A stretch of 20,000 nucleotides of DNA. Origin: Lophium mytilinum (Eukaryota). This document shows, piece after piece, positions 9,280 through 20,000 of this stretch; position 1 is the first letter of the stretch; each line of letters starts with the position of its first letter. Position numbers and translations under genes: made by a program. The notes below the pieces were generated by a model. The model had not been told where the DNA came from and ran no database searches. It was given only the letters and a program-made list of their open reading frames with translations. Location: the NCBI GenBank assembly GCA_010093605.1, contig MU004190.1, forward strand, positions 1,488,109-1,508,108. The letters are read 5' to 3'.

Positions 9280-10800
9280 TTAAGAATCTAGAGTATATAT
9301 AAGGCCTTCTTAATACTCTTATACTTTTTCTTCTATACTTAACTTTCTTCTTTAAGGTTTAAGCTTCTCTTATCTTTAAAGATTTATTAAAGACTTTTAT
9401 AGCTTCTCTTTTTATTACTATTATCTTTCTTTATTAATTCTTTTATTAGAACTCTCTCTCTCTTAGCTTCTAGGCTATTTCTTCTTACTCTAAGTTAGTA
9501 TTATAATATTACTTAATACCTAGCTAGGTTCTATAGCCTCTAGCTTACTCTATTTAGAAAGAGGTAGAGATAGAGGTAATAATTCTTTAAACTCTAGCTA
9601 TAGTTATAAGGTTCTATACTCTTATAAATTCTTAGGTATTTTAGCTTATAAAGCCTTATAGGCCTATAGTAAGTTTTTAATAATAGTTTAGCTTTTTCTC
9701 TTAATAAAGCTAATAAGATCTAGTTACTATTATACTTATATTAATTATTAACCTTCTAATAGTCTAGAGGTTCTATAATCTATACTATATATAGCTAATA
9801 GCCTTTAATAACCCTATTCTACTTTCTTAAGCCTTCTAATACTATACTATAGCTTCTAATTATCTAAACTATACTAAATACCCCCTAAAGTTTAAAGATA
9901 GTAGTAGAGCTTAAAGAAATATACTACTTTAAGAGTTTCTTAGTAATATTAGAGATAATAAACTAATTTTAAATAAAAACTATAGCTATACTTTACGCTT
10001 TATAGGGCTTCTTAAATAGTATTTAGGCTTAAGAGTAGATTATAGTAAGAATTTTAGAGCTTTTTCTACCTTTAGGGCCTATAACTACTACTTAAGAATA
10101 TTCTTAGAAGGCTATTAGTTTAGTAAATATATTTAGGCTTATAATCTAGATAGTTCTTCTCTCTACTAAGGATTCTATATAGAATATTATTAGCAGAGTA
10201 GTAAGAAAACTTATTTATTCTAAGGTAAGTTTAGCTTTACTTTTAGAGTATTTTAGAACTTAGCTAATATCTATTATAGAAGAGTAGACTCTAATAGCTT
10301 ATTAGAAGACTACTAGGGCTTATATTTAATAAGGTTACTATAATATTACTAAGTTTATATCTTCTCTTTATAACTAAGAATCTTTTAAGAACCTAACTAA
10401 AAATATAGTATACTTAGCCTTAGCTATATAGCTACTAATAGAATTAATTTAAAGAAAGACTACTATACTACTATATAATCTAGATATTTCTTATACTTCT
10501 ATTTCTTTAATAGCTTAATATTACCTATAGGGCTCTAGTAGTACCTCTACTTAGGCTTTTAGTTTAAGATCTAGCTTTTAGTAATTATCTATAGCTATAT
10601 TAGGTTTAGAAAATATAGCTACTTTAGATTCTAGTACTTAAGGTCTAAAGTAATACTCTCTAACCTTTTCTACTTAGCCTTTAACTTCTCTAACTTCTTT
10701 AACCTCTTATTATTCTTCTTTAGGTTCTCTATAGTGCTTTTAAGAGTCTACTTCTAATATACTATTAAGCCGCCGCTTATCCTAGTTATCTATTAGTAAT
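9280..10800 (-). pseudogene. RIP-destroyed, intron-containing reading frame of unknown family (~490 codons)
   Basis: One frame, 10799-9549, reads as plausible protein if TAA/TAG are restored to Gln/Trp. It is followed by a phase-0 59-nt intron relic at 9548-9490 (GTAAGC...TACTAAC-TTAG) and a K/E/Q/R-rich last exon 9489-~9280. True start and stop cannot be determined. Confidence 0.55.
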
Positions 10801-11253
10801 AATAATAACTCTACTAGAGAGACCCCTCTAAACTCTACTTAGTATTAGATAGGCTCTCTAAATACTATTCTCTAGAAGAATAGAGCTAGTAAGTATAGCT
10901 AAAATATATTAACTTAGAGTGCGCCTCTAAAATAGCCTTAGAAGAATAATAATAGCTATTCTAGTAGTAATAGTAACTATAGAAGTTCTAGTAAAAGAAG
11001 TTCTAGTAGTAGAATAGCTACCTAGAAGAACTAAGAGTATATTAGCTTAGCTAGTATTAGTAGAAAAGCGTTAATTTTCCCTCCCCTTCTAGATATAAGA
11101 AGGGTTAAGTATAATAGAAGTATAAGCTTAGCTTAGTTAATCTCTAATATAGATTCTTAAATTTATTATCTTTTTAATTCTCTAAAGATAAAATATAGCT
11201 AAATAAGTAATAATAAAGAATTAAATACTTAAATCTAAATTAATAAAGAAAAT

Positions 11254-11985
11254 CTAGGTAATAAATATATAGAGTTCTTTTAATACTCTATTAGCTTAAA
11301 ATAGAAGCGCTATTTAAGCTCTCTTATACTTTCTTCTGCGCAACTCTATATTAAGAGCTTAGGTGGGTTATATTATAGATATATTAAAATTACTATCTAA
11401 ATCTAACTTATAATTACTACTAGTATTCTTATTATCTTTAATATCTATTATACTAGTATTACTACTAGAGGAGCTCTCTAATTAAATATTAGAGTTAGTA
11501 TTCTTATCTAAGGACTTATTATTTATGCGTATTTTAGTATTCTTAGCTCTTAAGTTAATCTCTTTATTCTATAGCTTTATAGTATTATTAGTTTAAATAA
11601 TAGTATTACCCCTTAGCCGCATAATAATAGTATCTTTATTATACTTATTATTATCTTAGTATATAGTATTAGGTAATTAGGTAGTAGTATTTATACTCTT
11701 AAGTATTCTATTACTATCTTAAGCTATTTCTAATAGTTCCCTATTATTAGTATCTATAGCTAGTACTAATATATTATTAGGTTATTCTATAGGTGCTGCG
11801 TAATTACTAGTTCTCTATAGAATATTAAGCTTATCTTAACTTATCTCTAGCTTATATATATAAACTTTCTAATAGGTATTTATAGTAGTCTTATTTATAT
11901 CTTTATATTATATAACTATAAAGCTAGTAACCTATACTAGTATAATAGTTAATTAACTCTTTTTAGGTCCCTTTTTCTTAGTAGC
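11254..11985 (-). pseudogene. RIP-destroyed reading frame with acidic low-complexity region, interrupted by the LTR insertion
   Basis: Continuous frame rich in AAT/GAT/AGT codons (probably former Asp/Ser), ending in a basic ELRRRK motif; it runs up to the LTR boundary at ~11990. Family not recognised. Confidence 0.4.
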
Positions 11986-11989
11986 CCGT

Positions 11990-12189
11990 TATTAGGGCTT
12001 AAGGTTGGAACGTTGGAATTATTAGATTAAATAGTATTAATATTAATAAAAGATAAATACAAGAGAGGAAGAGGTTTCTAGGACGGACGTTATAATAACC
12101 TAAAGGGCGGAGTAATATTTACCTATTCTATAGAGCCTCTATTACGTAACCTCTAGTTATGTATTATGCGCAATTATATAGCTATAATA
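11990..12189 (-). mobile_element. 3' LTR (~200 bp) of a Ty3/Gypsy element
   Basis: On the minus strand it begins TATTATAGC and ends CCCTAATA, i.e. RIP-converted TGT(C/T)A...T(G/A)ACA. It is immediately preceded by the polypurine tract AGAGGGGGGAGACG (12203-12190). Confidence 0.8.
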
Positions 12190-12406
12190 CGTCTCCCCCC
12201 TCTAAAGAAGCCCCCTAATTAAAGCTTTTATAAGAGAGAGTCCTTTCTATACTAGAGTATTTATAACCGCTTAAATATCTATTAAATAAAGTGCCTAATT
12301 ATATTTTAGTTGTAAGTAAATAAAGGAAATAAATTAATTTATAGAGAATTACTTATCCTTTCTATTTTTATGCAGCCTACTATAGCCTTACTATTTTAGT
12401 ATAGCA

Positions 12407-12518
12407 GTATTACTATGCGCCGTCTTACTATGCGCAGTATTACTATATATAGTATTGCTATACGCAGTGTTGCTATATATAGTATTACTATACGTAGTAT
12501 TACTATGCGCAGTATTAC
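12407..12518. repeat. 15-bp tandem array (~7.5 copies) in the Gypsy 3' region
   Basis: Units start at 12407, 12422, 12437, 12452, 12467, 12482, 12497 and 12512; GTATTACTATGCGCA with almost exclusively transition variants. Confidence 0.9.
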
Positions 12519-12769
12519 CGTCTTATTATTTATTTAAACTAGGGCCGGCTATAATAGGGCTATAAGAAGCTATATAGCCTTTATAGCTACTAGCCTACTA
12601 CTAGGTACTTATAATAATCTGCGCTGTTTCGCATTAATTATTATACATGTCTACGGTTAGGCCTTCTTAATAAATTAATTTAACCGCCGGTCTAGTAATT
12701 AAATTATATAGCTTCTATAATATTAGTTATATAGAGGTCTATAGCGGCAAGAATAGTAGCTAAGGTTAG

Positions 12770-13375
12770 CTCCTAGTCTAATAGTAGTTAGAATAATAGG
12801 TAAGAGTCTAGTTTCTTAGGGTACTAGTAGTAGAAATCTATAATAAGATATAGATAACTATTAGCGTAATTATAGTTATTCTATTACGGCTTATTATTCT
12901 ATCTAATAAACTTAATCTTATATTATAATATACCCCTTTTTCTAGTAGTAGAATTAAGATATCTTCTATCTAGGCGGCTATCTATAACTTCTTTAGCATT
13001 GCCTTTCTAGTACGTAGGTATTATCTTAATAGGGGGAGGCTTAGGATTGCATTATTCTTTTATAGAAACGGCGTTAGCTAGATAGAGAAGCTATAGATAG
13101 AATACTAGATAGATATTCTCTATACCTTTTAGTAGGTTAAGCTTATACGCGCTTCTATTTTTATAGCTCTCTAGAATCTTAAAGGGGCCTAGCTTCTTAA
13201 AGTTAAGCTTCTTATTTAGGCGCGTGGTTTTAATAAAGCGTCTATCTAATATAACTTAATTACCTAGGTAATATATATAAGCTAGTTACTATCCTGCGTT
13301 AGTATATTTCTTTTACTTAGCCTAGGCCTACTTAATTTCCGTATAGAGAAACGCGCGTAATTTATCTATTCTAGT
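12770..13375 (-). mobile_element. Gypsy chromovirus integrase C-terminus (GPF module) plus chromodomain, RIP-inactivated
   Basis: Literal translation includes KKLGPFKILE, AYKL, PPPI, EVIDSRL, YKIKF and YPKK. De-RIPed, it gives IHPVFHPWLL and ADFHHRYPEKPG, typical of fungal chromoviruses. Confidence 0.9.
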
Positions 13376-14045
13376 NNNNNNNNNNNNNNNNNNNNNNNNN
13401 NNNNNNNNNNNNNNNNNNNNNNNNNNNNNNNNNNNNNNNNNNNNNNNNNNNNNNNNNNNNNNNNNNNNNNNNNNNNNNNNNNNNNNNNNNNNNNNNNNNN
13501 NNNNNNNNNNNNNNNNNNNNNNNNNNNNNNNNNNNNNNNNNNNNNNNNNNNNNNNNNNNNNNNNNNNNNNNNNNNNNNNNNNNNNNNNNNNNNNNNNNNN
13601 NNNNNNNNNNNNNNNNNNNNNNNNNNNNNNNNNNNNNNNNNNNNNNNNNNNNNNNNNNNNNNNNNNNNNNNNNNNNNNNNNNNNNNNNNNNNNNNNNNNN
13701 NNNNNNNNNNNNNNNNNNNNNNNNNNNNNNNNNNNNNNNNNNNNNNNNNNNNNNNNNNNNNNNNNNNNNNNNNNNNNNNNNNNNNNNNNNNNNNNNNNNN
13801 NNNNNNNNNNNNNNNNNNNNNNNNNNNNNNNNNNNNNNNNNNNNNNNNNNNNNNNNNNNNNNNNNNNNNNNNNNNNNNNNNNNNNNNNNNNNNNNNNNNN
13901 NNNNNNNNNNNNNNNNNNNNNNNNNNNNNNNNNNNNNNNNNNNNNNNNNNNNNNNNNNNNNNNNNNNNNNNNNNNNNNNNNNNNNNNNNNNNNNNNNNNN
14001 NNNNNNNNNNNNNNNNNNNNNNNNNNNNNNNNNNNNNNNNNNNNN
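13376..14045. other. Assembly gap (670 N)
   Basis: Run of N. Confidence 1.
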
Positions 14046-16245
14046 TAGTTATTAGTTTTATAGTTTTATAAAAAACTATATAGCTATAAAACTTAATAGT
14101 TTCTTAAGTAATTAAGCACTTATTAGTTTTAGTAAATAGTTATTTCTTTCTAAGAGCTTTAAATAATAATTAGAGGTAGTTAAAATACTCTTCTAATATT
14201 TCTAAAAATACTATAATATTATCTATATAGATAAGCATAAATTAATATAGATATAGTTATAAGGTATTATTTATAATAGCTTAAAAGGTAGCAGGAGCAT
14301 TATAGAGGCTAAAAGGTATAACTAGAAATTTAAATTTCCCTTTAATTATATTAAAAGTAGTCTTATAGATATCTAATTAATAAATATATAGCTAGTAATA
14401 TCTAGAGGTTAAATTAATCTTAGTAAAGAACCTAGCCTTTCTAAATAACTATAGATAGTTATTAATATATAGTAGAGGGTAGATATTCTTCTAGGTTACT
14501 AGATTAAGTACTCTATAGTTAATATATATTTACTACTTACTATTTAGCTTTAGAATAAAAAGAACTAGAGATCTCTAGGCACTAATAGACTCTTAGATAA
14601 GGCCCTATTCTAGTAGCTTATAGATCTATTAGGTCTATTCCTCTATTTAATAATATAAGAGGTAGTATATAGTATTATTTACTAGCTTTATATTTTTAGT
14701 ATTAATTAGATAGTTATATCTACGCTTAGGCGGTAGAATATTAGAGAGAATATTATAGAAATAAGGTTTATACTCTTTAAGAAGCTTTTAAAACTTCTCT
14801 TATATAGAAGTAGTAATATAATTAATTAGGGGTAATAAATTCTTATCTTCTAATAGCGGATTAGTGCCGGGTTATAGTATCTAATCTAGCGTTAGTTTAT
14901 TAGAAGCTTTTATAATATAAAGATAAGTGGAATTAAGCTTATCTACTAAAAGCTTCTTATACTTCTAATAGGATATTATATTAATAAAACTCTAGTATTC
15001 TAGTTTAGAAAGACTAAGGTCTATAATAGGGCTTAATATATTAAGCTAATAAGCTACTAGTTTAATCTTTAGGTTGCGGCTAACCTGCGTTTACAAGGTA
15101 ATAGAATTAGTAAAGAAGTTAATAATAGCTTAGTATTACTATAGCTAGGTTATACTAAGAATATATTAATACTCTTTAAGGTCTAGAATATATATAGTTA
15201 GAGTACCTAATAGTATATAGATCTTAAATAGAATCTCTAAGGCTTTTATACTAATTATAGTTACACCTAAGAGAAGTTTAACTACCTTAGAGGCTATTAT
15301 TTTAATATTTCTTAGCTAATATTAAGTATACTTTAATAATATATAGATAAAATTAGCGCTATAGTTAATTAAGAAGGTAGTTTTTTTCTAATAGTTAGAT
15401 AGTTCTAAAGTTCCCTTATATTCTAAAAGATATTTACCTAGAGAGTTAAGATAGTAGATTCTTTCTTCTATTAATTTAATAATAATTTAGTTAGAATATT
15501 ATTAAAGGGTAGCTAATTCTTTTCTATTATAAGTTTATAAAAAGTAGAAGTCTTATCTTTTAGGTTAGTTAGTTGCTCTAAGGCTACTAACCCTCCTAGT
15601 TTTCTAATAGCTTCTTAGCTAGCTAAGTATAGTTATATTTAATATAGCCCTTCTTACTATAATTATAGTACTTACGCGTATTAGTATTTTATTAAGTATT
15701 ACCTTTACTATATCTACTATAGCCTTAACCGCGTCCTTAAGATCTAGTAGTATTTCTACCTTTAAAGGTATTAAGTTTAGCGTTATCTTTAATATCTAGA
15801 TATTTATATTTATTAGAATTAATATTAGTTCCTTAGAAGTAATTATTATCTAATTCTTTATTAGCCCTAGAGATAGTATTAAGGCGGCCCTAATAGTCTC
15901 TTATTCTCTTATACTAGAAGATTTAATACTTATTAGTAGTAGTAACCTATACTATCTATTTATTAAAATTAAAAGGGGCCTACGCTTAGGCGTTAATATA
16001 AAACTTAAGGCTAGGTTTTAAACCTACGCGGGCATATTAATATACTTTAAGATTAGATAGAGCTATATTAAGAGAGTATATATAAGTAGCTCTAATAAGC
16101 TTATTAAAGAACTAATAAGTACTAGTTATCTATACTATTTTATTAAAGTAGTATTAGCATTACTCTAGTATATCTATACTCTTATAGCGGCGGCTAAAGG
16201 TAGTAAAGAACTAATTTAATATAGTAAACTTAGTATTATCTTAAT
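14046..16245 (-). mobile_element. Ty3/Gypsy gag-pol segment (gag with CCHC knuckle, aspartic protease, RT), RIP-inactivated
   Basis: De-RIPed motifs: CYNCGKKGHIKRDC (~15680-15630), LIDCGA protease (~15375-15355), and RT SPVLFVPK..GKWRMCIDYRALN, YPLPRID, FTKIDLTSGY, MPFGLCNAPATFQ and Y(I/M)DDI (~14620-14200). Confidence 0.92.
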
Positions 16246-16408
16246 AGGAAAAAACATAATATAATTAAATTTGCAGCACCTTAGAAATACAACCTAAGGA
16301 GGGCCTCTAGGGGCTACTTAAGGCCCTATAAACGTTTGCACGCAGTATTAGAGCTCTATAAGCCGTGCTAGCGGCGTTGTAGTAGAATTACGCATCGCAA
16401 CCCCTATT

Positions 16409-18127
16409 ATACAGCATTATTAATAATAATAATAATAATAATACTACTAATAATACTAATAATAACCCTAAAACTAAACCTACTAACTAAAGACTAAGTA
16501 GAATATCTACGCTAACGTCTAAGCGCTTATTAAAGAAGCCTATAGTATATAGGACTCCCTATAGAATAAGCCTATATCCTTTAACCCTAAGATAAATAAC
16601 GCCCTTAAGTACCTCTAGAACTTCGCCGGGCGCGTACTAGCTAGCCTCTCGGGCACTGCAGAGGACCTATAATAAACGCCATAGAGAAAGATAATAAAGA
16701 TAATAGAGAAAATATAGAAGAGTATATAGGTACTATCTATATAAGAAACAACCTATATAGTAGTAATAGCAGTAGAAAGAAATAGTAAGACTGCAGGAAA
16801 TAGGGAGTATATAATGTAGACTACCTATAAAATTACTATATATATTAAGAATAAGAAGAAACGCGCCGTAATAAATAAGGACTTAAATACAACTATTACC
16901 TATAAGCTCTAAGTAGTAGAAGAGCCTAATATAATAAAGATCTATAGCGTTAAAAAGCTCTAGAGCGGAGACGTAAAGGCCTATATACCGGACGCAACCG
17001 CTAAGAAAGCCCTATTAAAGAAGAAGGAATAGATAAAGGTTCTAGGTAAAATAGTATAAATCTAACTACCTAAGGTCCTCCTAGAGGTGCACAGAGTACC
17101 TAAAGAGATAGACCTAAAGAACCTAACACTACAAAGCAGTATTATATAAGATAATAAGGTACTATACCTAGGCCTAGCTATATATAAGATTACGTAGAAG
17201 CATCTAAATTAGATCTAGGCTATTAGAAATAACTCTAAACGGCGCGCCTTATTAGCTATAGTTACTATAGGCATAGAGATAATAGTAAATAAGATTATAG
17301 ATAGCGGGCTAGTATAGAATAGATATATACTAGAGGCTGTAAAGTATAAGGTAGACTTTATAGCTACCTAATACTTCTAATGCTAGGGCTATAGGTATGT
17401 TGCTAGACACTATAAGAAGGAGGCGGTATACGCGGCGTGCGTAGAAGCTTATAATATAAGATAATATATAGAGAAGAGTATTAGAAAGTGCGCTAACTAT
17501 AAGAGAAGCTACCTATTATATAGTGCGGCGTGCACTATAAGAAAGAATGCTTAACTAAAAGCTAATATAAAGAGATAGGTAGCACTAACCTACTATAGGG
17601 CTAATAATAGCCCTAATAATAATACTAATAACACGCCGGGTATAGTAATATTCTAATCTATAATAGAATTACAAGCTCTTAACGCGGTAAGTAGAAAGAG
17701 AAAGGCCACTAAGAATAGTAATATACTAGACAGCAGCACCCTAAGAAGAATAGAACGCCCTCCTATATCTACTATATTCGCCGCGTATAAGAACCTAAAA
17801 TAACTAAAGATAAATAGAGTGCTATAGTCTACCTATACTATATAGACTACCTAATTAATATATACTTTCTATTTAACGCAGCAGCCTAACTATAATAACC
17901 TGCAGCCTTACTATAATAGCCTGTAGCCTTTCTATAGAACTCTATAGCCTACCTATAAAATACTATACTACTCTTAGATAATAACCTATAGTAATAACGC
18001 CGGACTATTGCAATTTAATATAACTTAGGTGCCGTCTACCTAGAAAGAAGAGGTAGCGGGCTATTAGCTCTATACTAAGGCTAGCCGGGCTATAATAAAT
18101 AACCCCGAAGACTCTATAGATACCTAA
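16409..18127 (+). pseudogene. LINE ORF1 (gag-like, three zinc knuckles), ~572 codons
   Basis: ATA (former ATG) at 16409. The same frame holds de-RIPed QCFQCQGYGHVARHC..CAACAEAH....C..KCANCKGSH.....AC at ~17370-17535 and ends in TAA at 18125-18127. Confidence 0.8.
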
Positions 18128-20000
18128 TGTTAGGGCAACCTAATATACTTACTATTATATAGTATAATATTAATAAGAGCTAAGAGACCTAAAGGGAGTT
18201 CCTTAAGAAGGTAGAGGCAGCCTAGCTCTAGCTATTAGTACTAGCTATATAAGAACTATAGAAGAATATCTAGAAATATACCTTACTATATATAAAATTA
18301 TACTACCTACTATATAGAGGAAGCCTAAAAGCTAGAATATGCATGTATATTAATAAGTGCCTAAATCTAGGCTAATAGACTATAGAGCACTACTTACTAG
18401 ACCTTATTACTCTCTCCCTCTAGGCCGGGGGAGAGGATATTTAAATTTATAATATCTATAACCTAAAGCTATATAGAATTATAGCTATACTACCCCCTAT
18501 ACTATATAAGGAGGTAGAGTATATACTTATAGGCGATATAAACCTATACTACCTATTCTAGAGAGGAATATAGGTAATTAGTACGGAAGAGTAAGCTAAG
18601 AAGCTTATTTATATTATAATAGAAGTAGGCCTAACTCTAGCTATAGAGGAGGGCATAGAAATATAGATAAGAGAAACGCAGTAGACTATAATTAACCTTA
18701 TATTTATATCTAAATAGCTAATAGAATATATAATATCCTATATAGTTTAAGAGAAGTAGAACTATTACTTAGACTACTACCCTATATATACGGAATTTAA
18801 TATTACACTACTACTAGTAACTAAATAGCCCCTACGCCGGCTATAGAAGAATATTATATAGAAGGATGTATAGAAGCACCTTATAGCCTAGCTAGTTAAG
18901 CTAGAAAACTAGAATAACCCCCTAGATAATAAAGAAGAAGAAGACCTAGATAACTTTATACGCATTCTCTACTAACTTATTAAAATTACTATTAATGCTA
19001 TAGTACTAATAGCATAGCCCTTATAGTATATATTACTATTCTAGACTAAGAAGTACTTAGAGGAGGTGTATAAGACTAGGCGGGCGTATAGAATATAGCA
19101 CTTATTATACTCTATAGAGGACTAGATATTATACTAGGTCTAGTATAACTGTAAGAAAAGAGCTATATAGAAAGAGAGCACTAAGGTATAGCACTATATA
19201 GTAGAGAAGGTAATAAATAACTCTAAAGGGGTATAGAAACTAGCTAAATAGGGCTGTATAGTTAGAAAGGAATTAAGGCCCCCTCCTTAATTTTCTTTTC
19301 TCTTCTAGCTAGGTAACCCCACCCTGCATGCAGATAATAAGATAAAAGTATATATACTTACTAAATAGTTCTTTCTACTACTAGTAGAAGCTAACCTATC
19401 TAATCTAGAAGAGTTCTAATACCCGGAACTATATACTACCTCTATAGAAGTTACTATAGAAGATATACTCTTAATACTAATAGAAATTACGCTAGATAAG
19501 GCCTCTAGAATTACAGGAATTATAAATAGATTTCTAAAGAAGTGCGAGATGCAACTAGTACTAGTGCTTGCCTACTTCTTTATAAAGTACCTATATAGAG
19601 GACACTACCTCCGCCTATTTAAAGAATTAATTATAGTAGTTCTATATAAACTCTAGAAAGCGTTCTATATAATAGTAAAAGCCTATAGGCCTATTATGCT
19701 ACTAGAAATAATAGGTAAGCTATTTAAATATATTATAGCTAAGAGGCTCTCTAAGATAGTAGAGGAAAAGAGCATACTACCGCCTAGCTAAATAGGGGCA
19801 CGGCCGGAATGCTCTATATAGATAGCACTTAAACTTCTTATAGAATAAATCTATACTATATAGAAAGGAAACCTATAGCTTATAGTATTACTTCTTAGCC
19901 TAGATATATTAGAAGCGTTTAATTAAGTCTTATATAAATAAATAATATATAACCTATAGGTCTAGAGTATACTAGAGTAGATAATAAGGTTTACTAGGTT
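18127..20000 (+). pseudogene. LINE ORF2 (APE endonuclease plus reverse transcriptase), partial
   Basis: ATG at 18127. A single frame contains de-RIPed QYN, LAIQEPW, GDxNLHHPFW, IDL, SDHYPI, DKAPG, AYRPIxLL..MGKLFE, QMGARP and LLSLDISxAFD. Confidence 0.92.

Larger units (their letters stand above)
8550..20000. repeat. AT-rich block of RIP-mutated nested repeats
   Basis: Abrupt GC drop at ~8550-8580, extreme TpA excess, near-absence of CpA/TpG, and no ORFs in the supplied track. Recognisable TE proteins have Gln/Trp/Arg codons converted to TAA/TAG. Confidence 0.97.
16248..20000 (+). mobile_element. Tad1-like non-LTR retrotransposon (LINE), 5'-complete, RIP-inactivated, continues beyond the window
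   Basis: A ~160-nt 5' UTR, ORF1 with three CCHC knuckles, and ORF2 with APE endonuclease and RT. Inserted in opposite orientation into the Gypsy gag; the 5' boundary is approximate. Confidence 0.93.

Noticed and set aside
9280..10800. Fossil ORF as the autonomous Transib transposase for the intronic MITE, or as a Starship captain
   Set aside because: I could not find Transib/RAG1-core or tyrosine-recombinase motifs, nor the MITE TIR at the block boundary.
12407..12518. CRISPR-like array
   Set aside because: Head-to-tail repeats without spacers, in a eukaryotic retroelement, with no cas genes.
8550..20000. Alternative genetic code (TAA/TAG = Gln) or AT-rich organellar/contaminant DNA
   Set aside because: Stops also replace Trp and Arg, other conserved residues show C>T and G>A changes (Asp>Asn, Gly>Ser/Arg, Met>Ile), and the neighbouring amidase ends in TAG. 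RIP explains all of this.

Overview
Filamentous ascomycete (Pezizomycotina-type) genomic DNA in two compartments. Bases 1-~8530 are balanced-GC and carry three intact intron-containing genes, reconstructed by hand from GT..AG sites and branch points: (i) a soluble twin-ATPase ABC-F protein on the minus strand, running off the left edge; (ii) an amidase-signature family amidase (minus strand, 587 aa); (iii) divergently transcribed from it, a ~693-aa membrane-anchored linalool dehydratase/isomerase (LDI)-family protein. Bases ~8550-20000 are an AT-rich block destroyed by repeat-induced point mutation (RIP). It holds two unidentified fossil reading frames, a Ty3/Gypsy chromovirus (3' LTR, PPT, chromodomain-integrase, RT, protease, gag) split by a 670-N gap, and a 5'-complete Tad1-like LINE inserted into the Gypsy gag. 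Most notable: a 235-bp fold-back element in ABC-F intron 1 with CAC...GTG ends and a perfect 5-bp target-site duplication (the Transib/RAG-type signature); three perfect Gcn4/CpcA sites upstream of the ABC-F gene; and the LDI-like enzyme with an altered active-site motif. No database searches were possible, so family calls rest on motif recognition.
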